The notes: a model not told the origin generated them from the letters alone. A stretch of 28,066 bases of DNA from a virus (IMGVR_UViG_3300027563_000500:1-28066), one strand, 5' to 3'. Positions 16,541-24,604 are shown, counted from the first letter of the stretch. Numbers and translations: made by a program.

Positions 16541-16567
16541 TTAATATTTGGCGGTATAATAATATCA

Positions 16568-16834
16568 ATGACTGACAAAGAGTTAGAGCATTACAACAAG
16601 CAGCAGTTTAAGGATAGATTAGCATCTATCAAAGAGGCTTCTGGTTGTGTAGACTGTGGCATAAATGGTCACATAATACTAGATTTTGACCACATAAGGG
16701 ATAAAAAGTATAATGTTTCAAGGATGATACACGATGGTTTTTCCTGGAAAGCGATCAAAAAAGAGATAGAAAAATGTGAGGTTGTTTGTGCAAATTGCCA
16801 TAGAATCAGGACTCACAACAGAAGAATGGTATAA
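16568..16834 (+). CDS. HNH endonuclease
   Basis: GCVDCG, LDFDH, KCEVVCANCHRIRT; TATAAT 7 nt upstream of the ATG. Confidence 0.9.
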   Translation: MTDKELEHYNKQQFKDRLASIKEASGCVDCGINGHIILDFDHIRDKKYNVSRMIHDGFSWKAIKKEIEKCEVVCANCHRIRTHNRRMV

Positions 16835-16869
16835 TAGATTAATACTAACAAGAAGGTGGTAATGCCAGT

Positions 16870-17442
16870 ATGATTATTTTTGATGATAGATACATGGATC
16901 AAGAAGAAAAGCAAGAATTGCTTAGTGTTCTTGAGAAAAGAACTGATTGGGCAACAGACAAAGACAATGAATTAATAAATAACATTGTTTTAGATTTTAA
17001 CCCAGATAGCCTAAGCGAAGAAGCAGAATTTTTTGTTAAGAAGTTAGATAAGTTTGCTAACTATAACAGAATAGATGTAACACGTGTAGAGTCAATCACT
17101 CTTATTAAAGTTGATCAAAATTCAGACAGAGAAGAAATAGAGTATGAATCTCCAGAAATAGATGAAGAAGAGGGAAACCTTATTCTTTTCATATCTGCAA
17201 ATGATTCAGATGCACATACATATGTTTTCAATGAAAAACTAGGCGATGCAAAAAGTGTAGACGATTTAACTGTTTATACAATGTTTTCTCCTGTTTTAGG
17301 TAGAGGTTTTATAGTTTTCCCAGATAAGTATTATGCATTGTCTTTACCACAAAAATATCCAAATCAGTATTTTGTAAAAATTAAGTTTAAGGGTCAACTC
17401 ATACAGAATCAATCATCTACTGTTTATGATCTAGAAATGTAA
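16870..17442 (+). CDS. Acidic protein resembling a degenerate 2OG-Fe(II) oxygenase
   Basis: NDSDAHTYVF and SPVLGRGFIVFPD resemble phage oxygenase strands, but the His ligands are absent. Confidence 0.45.
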   Translation: MIIFDDRYMDQEEKQELLSVLEKRTDWATDKDNELINNIVLDFNPDSLSEEAEFFVKKLDKFANYNRIDVTRVESITLIKVDQNSDREEIEYESPEIDEEEGNLILFISANDSDAHTYVFNEKLGDAKSVDDLTVYTMFSPVLGRGFIVFPDKYYALSLPQKYPNQYFVKIKFKGQLIQNQSSTVYDLEM

Positions 17443-17444
17443 TT

Positions 17445-18440
17445 ATGGGAAATATCTCTGAAGGCGATTTCGTCATGGGAATGACATCAGAAGGTATGAT
17501 CCACGGCATGGTAGAGCATATTATGATTGAAGGTGGGACCTATGGTGTTCCTGGAACAGAGTATGCAATTCAATCTATGCCACCAGAGAACCCAGCAATG
17601 GCTGTTAGAATTTACAAAGAAGAAAACGGTACATGGGAACCAACTGCATATAGCATTGGAATGATGTACAAGGATGCTACAAAAATAGAAATGGAAAATC
17701 ATACAATGGATTCAGAAGTTGGGATGGCAATGTTTGATGCTCAAATGGGCAAAGCAGATGACTCAATGATGCCAACAGAGACGTACCAGGGCAAAGCATA
17801 TGAAGGTTGTGGATGCCCAACATGTAAAGAATTAAATGTAAACTGCGATAACTGTCCTGTTTGTCAAGCAGGGGAAATGAAAAGCAACTGCTGTCCTGAT
17901 CTAAACAAGCAAGCACCTTGTTGGGATGGGTATGTACAAAGAGGAATGAAACCAGGAGATAATGGTAAGCCAGTTCCTAACTGTGTTCCTGCTGCAAAAG
18001 CAGATGATCTGTTTGAAGATGATGACACAGTTGAATATGATACAGATACAGTTTCAAAGGCAGATGGATACTCACCACCAGCAGGAGCAAGAAGTGCTGC
18101 TCGTAGAGCAATTAAATTTAAAGAAGATGGAAAAGCAAATGGTGCTGGAACATCTGTAGGTTGGACTCGTGCAGGGCAGTTAGCAAGAGGAGAAACTATT
18201 TCTCTCAGTACTGTTAAGAGAATGTACTCATACTTCTCACGCCATGAAGTAGACAAGAAAGGTAAGGACTGGGGCAACTCAGCAAACCCATCTAATGGAT
18301 ACATCATGTGGTTAGCATGGGGTGGAGATGCAGGATTCTCATGGTCAAGAGGAATTGTTAATCGTGAAAAAGACAAGGCTTTATTTGCTGACTTTGGCAA
18401 GGATTACACAAAGGTAGAAACAGAAAGACACTCACTATAA
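17445..18440 (+). CDS. Modular phage protein, possibly head-associated (Cys-rich modules plus C-terminal WGGDAG domain)
   Basis: CGCPTC..CDNCPVC; PCWDGY...VPNCVP; TVKRMYSYFSRHEVDK...WLAWGGDAG. Confidence 0.6.
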   Translation: MGNISEGDFVMGMTSEGMIHGMVEHIMIEGGTYGVPGTEYAIQSMPPENPAMAVRIYKEENGTWEPTAYSIGMMYKDATKIEMENHTMDSEVGMAMFDAQMGKADDSMMPTETYQGKAYEGCGCPTCKELNVNCDNCPVCQAGEMKSNCCPDLNKQAPCWDGYVQRGMKPGDNGKPVPNCVPAAKADDLFEDDDTVEYDTDTVSKADGYSPPAGARSAARRAIKFKEDGKANGAGTSVGWTRAGQLARGETISLSTVKRMYSYFSRHEVDKKGKDWGNSANPSNGYIMWLAWGGDAGFSWSRGIVNREKDKALFADFGKDYTKVETERHSL

Positions 18441-18574
18441 TGCCTAAGAAAAAAGCAGGAGCATTTAATGATACCCAGATTAAGGATGGGTGGATTGTTA
18501 AGATGCGTAAAGATGGAACAATTAAGGCAAAGATAGAGCCATACATAGTTAATCATAAAAAAGTAATAAAATAG
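18440..18574 (+). CDS. 44-aa basic hypothetical protein (not in ORF track)
   Basis: TAATG coupling; MPKKKAGAFNDTQIKDGWIVKMRKDGTIK... Confidence 0.65.
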   Translation: MPKKKAGAFNDTQIKDGWIVKMRKDGTIKAKIEPYIVNHKKVIK

Positions 18575-18575
18575 T

Positions 18576-19550
18576 ATGTTAGATTTTAATTATAAATCAA
18601 TAAAATATGACATAGATTTTGATTTTTCAAAGTATGTTATAAATCCAGAAATCCATAATCAAACAATTGTAAGAACAATAAATAACGAACTATTTTATGA
18701 TCCACAAATTGTTAACAAAGTAAAAGATCTTAATCCAATTATAACAGAATATCACAATGTTACTTTAAATAATAAAAAAAATAAACAAAGTGAAACATTT
18801 TCTAAAAATCAAAAAATTAAACCAGTTTTTTTGACAGGATATACTAATTCTTATCACCATTTCCTTATAGACATTATTGGTAAAATTTTATACTTAAAAA
18901 GTAATGGAGTTGGTGATTTTGATATAAAAATAATTTATAATTCATCAATTAAAGAAGATAGTTCTGCAGTACCTACTAGGCAATTTCAAAAAGACATATT
19001 TAATATTTTAGAATTGCCAGAATTCAATTCATGTCTTGTAAATATCCATGATCATGTATCTTTGTTTTTTGATAAAGTGTTGGTTGCTGAATCCACAAAT
19101 GGAAATATGGATAATTTTTATATAACTCTTAAGTTAATCAGAGATAGGTTTGTTAGAGAATACTCTTTTAAAAATAAAATATTTGTTAGTAGAAAAAATG
19201 CAGCAAGTAAAGATGACAATGGAAGAAGATTAGTAGATGAAGAGATTATACAAAATTATTATGAATCAAAAGGCTATAAGATTGCATTTTTTGAAGAAAT
19301 GAGTTTTATTGAACAGGTAGAACTTGCATCATCTTGTTCGGAAATTGTTACATACAATGGAAGTTCTATGGTAAACACACTATTTGCTCCAGAAGGATGC
19401 AAAATAGTAGAAATTAGAAACTCCTTAAAACAACAGCATGATGCCTATTATTTTTGGTCACAGTGGTTTAATAAGGATCACAGAATAGTAGAATGCTTTG
19501 GTGCAACAACTTCTCAAGAAGTAATAAATGCTATTGAAAATCTTGTTTAA
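18576..19550 (+). CDS. Glycosyltransferase family 61 (DUF563-like)
   Basis: SYHHFLID, KIFVSRK, RRLVDE, EEMSFIEQV, GSSMVNTLF, IVEI. Confidence 0.82.
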   Translation: MLDFNYKSIKYDIDFDFSKYVINPEIHNQTIVRTINNELFYDPQIVNKVKDLNPIITEYHNVTLNNKKNKQSETFSKNQKIKPVFLTGYTNSYHHFLIDIIGKILYLKSNGVGDFDIKIIYNSSIKEDSSAVPTRQFQKDIFNILELPEFNSCLVNIHDHVSLFFDKVLVAESTNGNMDNFYITLKLIRDRFVREYSFKNKIFVSRKNAASKDDNGRRLVDEEIIQNYYESKGYKIAFFEEMSFIEQVELASSCSEIVTYNGSSMVNTLFAPEGCKIVEIRNSLKQQHDAYYFWSQWFNKDHRIVECFGATTSQEVINAIENLV

Positions 19551-19692
19551 ACTTATTAAACACAACTAAAAGTTCTTTTACATATTTTTCGTAATCTATT
19601 TCAATAATTGTATTATTTGAATCCACCTTGTGTATTTTGATATCTTTACCTATACTAAAAAGAATAGAATTGATTTCATCTTCTACGTTCAT
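19531..19692 (-). CDS. 53-aa hypothetical protein (not in ORF track)
   Basis: MNVEDEINSILFSIGKDIKIHKVDSNNTIIEIDYEKY...; fills the gap at the strand switch. Confidence 0.6.
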   Translation of the reverse strand: MNVEDEINSILFSIGKDIKIHKVDSNNTIIEIDYEKYVKELLVVFNKFKQDFQ

Positions 19693-20137
19693 ATTTTATT
19701 GGCCAATCTGTGCAAATTGCATATGGTTTGTTTGCTAACATTTCATCAAGAATATCTTCATCAATTTTTTCTGGTAGAACAATAATTGAGTTTGATCCAA
19801 TTTTTTTGCCAGGATAGGTCCAAATAAGTCCATCACTAGTTAATGTAAAGTCATCATTCTGATGCCAAAAATAATTTAAGTTTGGAAATGTTTCAATAAA
19901 CATATCAATTGCTTCTAAATTTTTACAATGAAACCATCCATCATGACCTATGTCTAAGATAGCAATCTTATCGACTAAATATTCTGGTCCATCATGTCCA
20001 AAATATACTGACTCATTAATTGACCACACATCGATCTCTACATCAAATCCAAGACTTAAAGCAAAATTAATTGATTCTGGAGAGTTTTCGTACTGAGAAG
20101 GACCAGAAGTATTTCCTCTATGGGCAATGATTTTCAT
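19676..20137 (-). CDS. Short GDPD/PLC-like phosphodiesterase
   Basis: MKIIAHRGN, ENS, GFDVEIDV, GHD, WFHCKN, AICTD. Confidence 0.8.
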   Translation of the reverse strand: MKIIAHRGNTSGPSQYENSPESINFALSLGFDVEIDVWSINESVYFGHDGPEYLVDKIAILDIGHDGWFHCKNLEAIDMFIETFPNLNYFWHQNDDFTLTSDGLIWTYPGKKIGSNSIIVLPEKIDEDILDEMLANKPYAICTDWPIKYERRR

Positions 20138-20138
20138 A

Positions 20139-20468
20139 TTAAATCTTTTCAACTACTACCTTATCGTTTTGAATTCCTGGAACCTTTACACAAATGACTT
20201 CACAATCAGTTAAAAATTCTGGGTCTGCAATCTCAAATGGGTATACGATAAAAATATCACCTGAAACAATTTTTTGTCCCTGCATGATCATTTCACCACG
20301 AACAAGCATATTAATTTCTGTTATTTTTTCTTGATAATGAAGTGGCCATTGTTCTCCTTTAGGGTGAGTTCTAAAAGAAACCTCACAAGCGTCTGTTTGA
20401 AATGCTGCTTTAGGAAAGTTGCCAACAAACCATCCTCTATCAGTTGTTTCTATTCTTGACATTTTCAT
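20139..20468 (-). CDS. Cupin-domain protein
   Basis: RGWFVGNF, HY...TEIN...RG, GDIF..YP.E. Confidence 0.75.
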   Translation of the reverse strand: MKMSRIETTDRGWFVGNFPKAAFQTDACEVSFRTHPKGEQWPLHYQEKITEINMLVRGEMIMQGQKIVSGDIFIVYPFEIADPEFLTDCEVICVKVPGIQNDKVVVEKI

Positions 20469-21565
20469 AGACCGATAGCCTCCCAGTCAACGTTATTAAA
20501 TCCTTCATCTGTAAGTAGGCTTACTGCAACCGCTCTATCATTATCTGTTTCTCTATGCCTGTCATTAATTAATACACGAACACCGCTTGTCATTCCCATA
20601 AGCAAATAATCCCAGCAAAAACCTAAATCATTCAATTGTTTTTCTGTTATATATCTTGCAGACTCTTTTCTTGCAGTAGTTAATATGACTTTATGACCCT
20701 TGGAGTCCCACTCATTAAACTTAGCAAGAACACCATCTAAATCTTTTGCATTGTCTTTTCCAACTAAACTAAATTTGTGAGCATGTTTAATTATTGTTCC
20801 ATCAATATCGCAAAAAATTGTTTTTGGTTTGTTTGTGTAAAACTCTTTGATTTTTCCAATGTATATCTCAATATCATCAGGTGTACCCAAAGATACATAG
20901 CCATTGTGTGGCATTTGATAAGGAAGAATATTTTTACCAGACTTTATCAGATAGTTATAGGTAGAAGAAATATAGCACTCAGGAAAGCCTTTTTCTCTGT
21001 ATTCAGACAACAACTTCTTTGCAGAAAAAATAAAATCTTTTCCATGTTTCCAATAATGCAAACCTACAAGAGCATCAGAACTGATTGGATTCTTTTCTTC
21101 AATATTTGTAATTATATTATTCTTAATTTTTGCAAAACTATTTTTAGGGTCATTAGATTTAAAAACTGCAACCGCTCCGTCAGGATTAAGCACATTAATA
21201 AAATTTAAAAAATCATTTGAGTCCCAAAAAAATAACTGATCACAGTTAGTTATGATCAATGGCTCTTCATTATCTATATAGTCTTTTGCATACAATGCTG
21301 CATCTGCTGCACCATATTGTTCTTTATCAACCTGTATTTCAATTGAGTCTGGAACCAATGACTTTAATAAAAAAGAAAGTTGCTCATTGTGGGATACATC
21401 TTCATATTTTCTTGTTATAAAAATATATTTGCCAGTAATACCAAGAGATGAAATTGCATGTTCAACTAAGTATTTACCAGCAACTTCAATCAATGGTTTT
21501 GGGGTATCGATACCAACATTTTTAAATCTAGATCCAATTCCTGCCATTGGAATTACAATATTCAT
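20465..21565 (-). CDS. Sugar-phosphate nucleotidyltransferase-like protein fused to a HAD phosphatase
   Basis: MNIVIPMAGIGSRF...PKPLI, NCDQ, EEKNPIS, LGTP; C-terminal IFCDIDGT, LTTAR, INDR; AGGAG RBS. Confidence 0.85.
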   Translation of the reverse strand: MNIVIPMAGIGSRFKNVGIDTPKPLIEVAGKYLVEHAISSLGITGKYIFITRKYEDVSHNEQLSFLLKSLVPDSIEIQVDKEQYGAADAALYAKDYIDNEEPLIITNCDQLFFWDSNDFLNFINVLNPDGAVAVFKSNDPKNSFAKIKNNIITNIEEKNPISSDALVGLHYWKHGKDFIFSAKKLLSEYREKGFPECYISSTYNYLIKSGKNILPYQMPHNGYVSLGTPDDIEIYIGKIKEFYTNKPKTIFCDIDGTIIKHAHKFSLVGKDNAKDLDGVLAKFNEWDSKGHKVILTTARKESARYITEKQLNDLGFCWDYLLMGMTSGVRVLINDRHRETDNDRAVAVSLLTDEGFNNVDWEAIGL

Positions 21566-21599
21566 AAAACTCCTTTTAGATAGTATATCACTTACACTG

Positions 21600-21672
21600 T
21601 ACCCCTGGCAAGAATCGAACTTGCGACGCATGGCTTAGAAGTCCATCGTTCTGTCCACTGAACTACAGAGGT
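21600..21672 (-). tRNA. tRNA-Arg(TCT)
   Basis: Cloverleaf: acceptor ACCTCTG/CAGGGGT, loop CT-TCT-AA, T-loop TTCGATT; A31-G39 mismatch; no encoded CCA. Confidence 0.9.
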
Positions 21673-21737
21673 GTAATAGGTCTATAAGGGCTTGAGAGGC
21701 CCCTGTCCTGCCTTTATACCATTTGGCAATGATATTG

Positions 21738-21810
21738 TGCCCCCAACGGGATTCGAACCCGTGTTACCGCCGTGAAAGGGCGATGTCCTAGGCCTCTAGA
21801 CGATGGGGAC
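21738..21810 (-). tRNA. tRNA-Glu(TTC)
   Basis: GTCCCCA/TGGGGGC acceptor, CT-TTC-AC loop, GGTTCGAATCC. Confidence 0.95.
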
Positions 21811-21814
21811 CCAG

Positions 21815-21885
21815 AGCGGATGATGAGAATCGAACTCACCCCTTCTGCTTGGAAGGCAGAGGCACTACCAATATGCAACATCCGC
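21815..21885 (-). tRNA. tRNA-Gly(TCC)
   Basis: GCGGATG/CATCCGC acceptor, CT-TCC-AA loop, GTTCGATTC, U discriminator. Confidence 0.93.
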
Positions 21886-21904
21886 ATTACTTTATTTAAT
21901 TATA

Positions 21905-21980
21905 TGGCTGGTCTGGCAGGTCTCGATCCTGCGACATCTCGATTAACAGTCGAGTGTTCTGCCAACTGAACTACAGACCA
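21905..21980 (-). tRNA. tRNA-Asn(GTT)
   Basis: TGGTCTG/CAGACCA acceptor, CT-GTT-AA loop, G discriminator plus CCA; atypical T-loop ATCGAGA. Confidence 0.92.
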
Positions 21981-22018
21981 ATATTTTAAGTATATCATTA
22001 CGATATTAAATTATCAAG

Positions 22019-22093
22019 TACACCAGGTAGGACTTGAACCTACGAATAGCCGAATTATGAGTTCGGTGCCTTAACCAACTTGGCTACTGGTGC
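22019..22093 (-). tRNA. tRNA with CAT anticodon (probably Ile2; elongator Met not excluded)
   Basis: GCACCAG/CTGGTGT acceptor, CT-CAT-AA loop, GGTTCAAGTCC; lacks initiator features (no GGG/CCC in the anticodon stem). Confidence 0.88.
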
Positions 22094-22102
22094 CTGTATA
22101 AA

Positions 22103-22132
22103 GGTATACACTTATGTGAACTATTTTGTCAA
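22103..22132 (-). promoter_or_regulatory. Promoter of the tRNA cluster
   Basis: TTGACA (22132-22127), 18 bp, TATACC (22108-22103). A second TGaTATACT lies at 21997-21989, before tRNA-Asn. Confidence 0.6.
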
Positions 22133-22741
22133 TTATTGACTATTGCATCTTTCTAAAAGTTGATCATATAATTTTTCTAAATCAACTAACTGAGATTTTA
22201 CACTTTCTGAATTTACAATATTGTCAAATTTTTCCAACCTTGCTTCATCTTTTATTCTTGGATATCTCATTCGGTCTGTATTTTCATTTTCTAAGATAGT
22301 CTTCAATGGGTGATTAAAAAAAGAACAACTTTTTATTTTTCTTTTTACAGTTAAATCATAGTTTTTATCTTTTTGTAGTTTAAGAAAAACATTTTTTGTA
22401 TCTGTTGTGAAGTCTTCAAATTTCATTATATAAAATTCTGGATTTCTTAATACAATATTAAAATATTCTATATTTTTGTTAATAAGTTTATTTACAGCAT
22501 ACTGAATTTGTTCTTCTGAAATTGGATCATTGGCATATAGATTTGACAGAAGTGTATCTTTTGGTTTTCTTAATGATACAAAGACATCATATTCTTTGTA
22601 ATCAATTGCTTCACCAGTTGTACCTAATCTATTCTTGTCATGTGTAAGAATTACAGTTGGACAAAAAACAAAAAATGCTTGTGCTAAAAAATTAGTACCA
22701 GTTCTTTCTACAGTATAGATCATTGTTTTTTTATTTGGCAT
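22133..22741 (-). CDS. Sulfotransferase-like protein
   Basis: TVERTGTNFL; SLRKPKDTLLS; MKFEDF. Confidence 0.65.
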   Translation of the reverse strand: MPNKKTMIYTVERTGTNFLAQAFFVFCPTVILTHDKNRLGTTGEAIDYKEYDVFVSLRKPKDTLLSNLYANDPISEEQIQYAVNKLINKNIEYFNIVLRNPEFYIMKFEDFTTDTKNVFLKLQKDKNYDLTVKRKIKSCSFFNHPLKTILENENTDRMRYPRIKDEARLEKFDNIVNSESVKSQLVDLEKLYDQLLERCNSQ

Positions 22742-22745
22742 TTGA

Positions 22746-22928
22746 CTACTTCGTTTCTTTAATTATTTTTAAAACTTCTTCCAAAAGAAATAACTTGTCA
22801 TTTGATATAAAAGTATCTTCAAGTTTATTAACATTTAAAATTATTTTATCTTTAACTAACTTAACAGTTTTGTGATTTCCGTTACAGGTGTTATCTAGGT
22901 TTGTTGTAAACCCACAACTACATGGCAT
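22746..22928 (-). CDS. Small protein with a CDGSH-like Cys/His motif
   Basis: MPCSCGFTTNLDNTCNGNH; AGGA RBS before ATG 22928. Confidence 0.55.
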   Translation of the reverse strand: MPCSCGFTTNLDNTCNGNHKTVKLVKDKIILNVNKLEDTFISNDKLFLLEEVLKIIKETK

Positions 22929-22936
22929 AATGCTTC

Positions 22937-23071
22937 CTATCCTATTAGTATTCCAAACAAACTTCCAATAATAAACATAAAGAATCCAACAGACCAATAG
23001 TATGTTTTAGATAAATAATTAACTATTATTTGTTTTTGTAGTGATTCTGGAACATCTTCTATATCTTTCAT
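22937..23071 (-). CDS. 44-aa single-TM protein (not in ORF track)
   Basis: TATAAT 6 nt before ATG; ...YYWSVGFFMFIIGSLFGILIG. Confidence 0.65.
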   Translation of the reverse strand: MKDIEDVPESLQKQIIVNYLSKTYYWSVGFFMFIIGSLFGILIG

Positions 23072-23113
23072 ATTCCTATTATATCAGGAACAGCAATTAG
23101 TTTCAAGTTGGTT

Positions 23114-23518
23114 TTAAATGTATCTTACTTCGTCAATTATTTTATATTTGATTGCTGTTTTGATCATGTTGTCTGAGTAACTATTAGGCTCAGGCTCTGC
23201 TGAAAAATATACAACATAATATAAATTGTTATATGTTTTAATTAGTGCTCCATTTGCTATAGCCTTTTTTACATTATCAGTTCTTTGTGCTCCAGGTCTT
23301 TTACCTTCCCCATGGTTTCCACCTTTTGCTTCTACGTATTCAAAGCGGGTACCAGAGTGTGCTCTAAAGTCTACCTCACACCCAGCACTATCAAAAACAT
23401 AATTTCTATCAATAGGACCAAATCCACGATCAACCAAGTCCTTATATACTTTGTCTTCAAACTCATCTCCAACTCTCTTAGATTCTGACTGAAAGTCTCT
23501 ATACCACGGCGCTTCCAT
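23114..23518 (-). CDS. PD-(D/E)xK-family nuclease
   Basis: GDEFE, EVDF, YVEAKGG, RTDNVKKAIA. Confidence 0.8.
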   Translation of the reverse strand: MEAPWYRDFQSESKRVGDEFEDKVYKDLVDRGFGPIDRNYVFDSAGCEVDFRAHSGTRFEYVEAKGGNHGEGKRPGAQRTDNVKKAIANGALIKTYNNLYYVVYFSAEPEPNSYSDNMIKTAIKYKIIDEVRYI

Positions 23519-23519
23519 A

Positions 23520-24074
23520 TTAACCCTTTAACTTTCCAAATCCTATAGATATTCCACATCTAGGAGTGATAGCAATTATGTGATGCTTCCTTTTTGGTGG
23601 ACAGTATACAAAATCTCCTGGTTCTAAAATTTCGTTAAGTTCAATACTATATTCATCTTTAGACCAAATTTTCCAATTTGATTTGCCACGAAGTTGCCAA
23701 AAGAAAACGTTTTCTGGATCTGTATGAGGAACACCATATGATTTTTCATCAGTTGTTAAACTAACATAAAGTTGATGAGCAGACCTTGGACTTTGTATGA
23801 AGTCTTCAGAGAACTCAAAGAAAGATTCTAGACTTGTGATTTCTTTATTTATTGATTCAATTCTGTCTGCTTTTAAAACTTTAAAGCCAAATTCATTATA
23901 TCTAGCATTATCGCCTTGTCCAAGACTTTTTCCAATTTTTTTATCGGAATCAATGAGAGCAAAAACTTCATCCCAAGATACCTCTGGAAGTTCTGCAGAC
24001 CTATAAATAAAAGGTGTTTCGTTTTTTACATAATCCCAAAAATTATTTTTATTTAAAACTTCTAAAATTATCAA
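23520..24074 (-). CDS. JmjC/cupin-4-like 2OG-Fe(II) oxygenase
   Basis: PHTD, VFFWQLRGKSNWKI, LEPGDFVYCP...HH, R..ISIG. Confidence 0.82.
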   Translation of the reverse strand: MIILEVLNKNNFWDYVKNETPFIYRSAELPEVSWDEVFALIDSDKKIGKSLGQGDNARYNEFGFKVLKADRIESINKEITSLESFFEFSEDFIQSPRSAHQLYVSLTTDEKSYGVPHTDPENVFFWQLRGKSNWKIWSKDEYSIELNEILEPGDFVYCPPKRKHHIIAITPRCGISIGFGKLKG

Positions 24075-24604
24075 TCTAGACTAACCACCTTTTCTTTGCA
24101 CATTGTATATAGATTATAGCATTCTTCTAAGTCTTTGTCTTTCATGAAGTCTTTAGAGTGTTCGTAATGCTTTCCTGTTTTGCTAGTTTTTAAAAACCCA
24201 GTTATTGGTTTATCGTGTATGTTGTCTTTAAAATCATTTGATTTTTTTTCAATTCCAGTTTCCTTACATATAAAATCAACTACCTTTTCAATTTCTGATG
24301 CAATCTGATCATAATGAAAAACCATGTCCATTGATTTTATTATATATTTATAAAAAACTACATATTCGTTTTTACAAATCTCTAAATATTCTTCCATGGT
24401 TTTAGGATTTTCCTCAAACTCTAACTCCATTGCCAACCTAGAAACTATGCTATCTCTTGGATCCCTAATTATAGTAACATAAAAATCATATGATCCCAAC
24501 ATTGGTATATGTGTTTTATTCATTACAACACCAGTTTTTTGTAAAAAGTGTTCTGTTAAAAAATGACTACCACATCTGGGATAGGTTGGAATTAAGATAT
24601 TCAT
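24071..24604 (-). CDS. Sulfotransferase-like protein
   Basis: TYPRCGSHFL; IIRDPRDSIVS; TATACT 6 nt before ATG 24604. Confidence 0.75.
   Translation of the reverse strand: MNILIPTYPRCGSHFLTEHFLQKTGVVMNKTHIPMLGSYDFYVTIIRDPRDSIVSRLAMELEFEENPKTMEEYLEICKNEYVVFYKYIIKSMDMVFHYDQIASEIEKVVDFICKETGIEKKSNDFKDNIHDKPITGFLKTSKTGKHYEHSKDFMKDKDLEECYNLYTMCKEKVVSLD

Noticed and set aside
16526-16567. ORF-track N-terminal extension of the HNH gene
   Set aside because: It overlaps the RNA stem and the TATAAT promoter; ATG 16568 fits the leaderless pattern.
17864-18400. 178-aa antisense ORF
   Set aside because: It lies opposite a well-formed sense gene and has no motifs or start signals.
21566-21969. ORF 21772-21969 (+) and the 5' extension of 20465-21631
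   Set aside because: Both overlap tRNA genes; the real start is ATG 21565 with an AGGAG RBS.
21600-22093. tRNA cluster as a prophage attachment site or host-chromosome boundary
   Set aside because: No integrase and no duplicated tRNA 3' end; phage-like genes continue on both sides.
23114-23518. PD-(D/E)xK nuclease as part of a restriction-modification system
   Set aside because: No methyltransferase is adjacent in this window; treated as a stand-alone nuclease.
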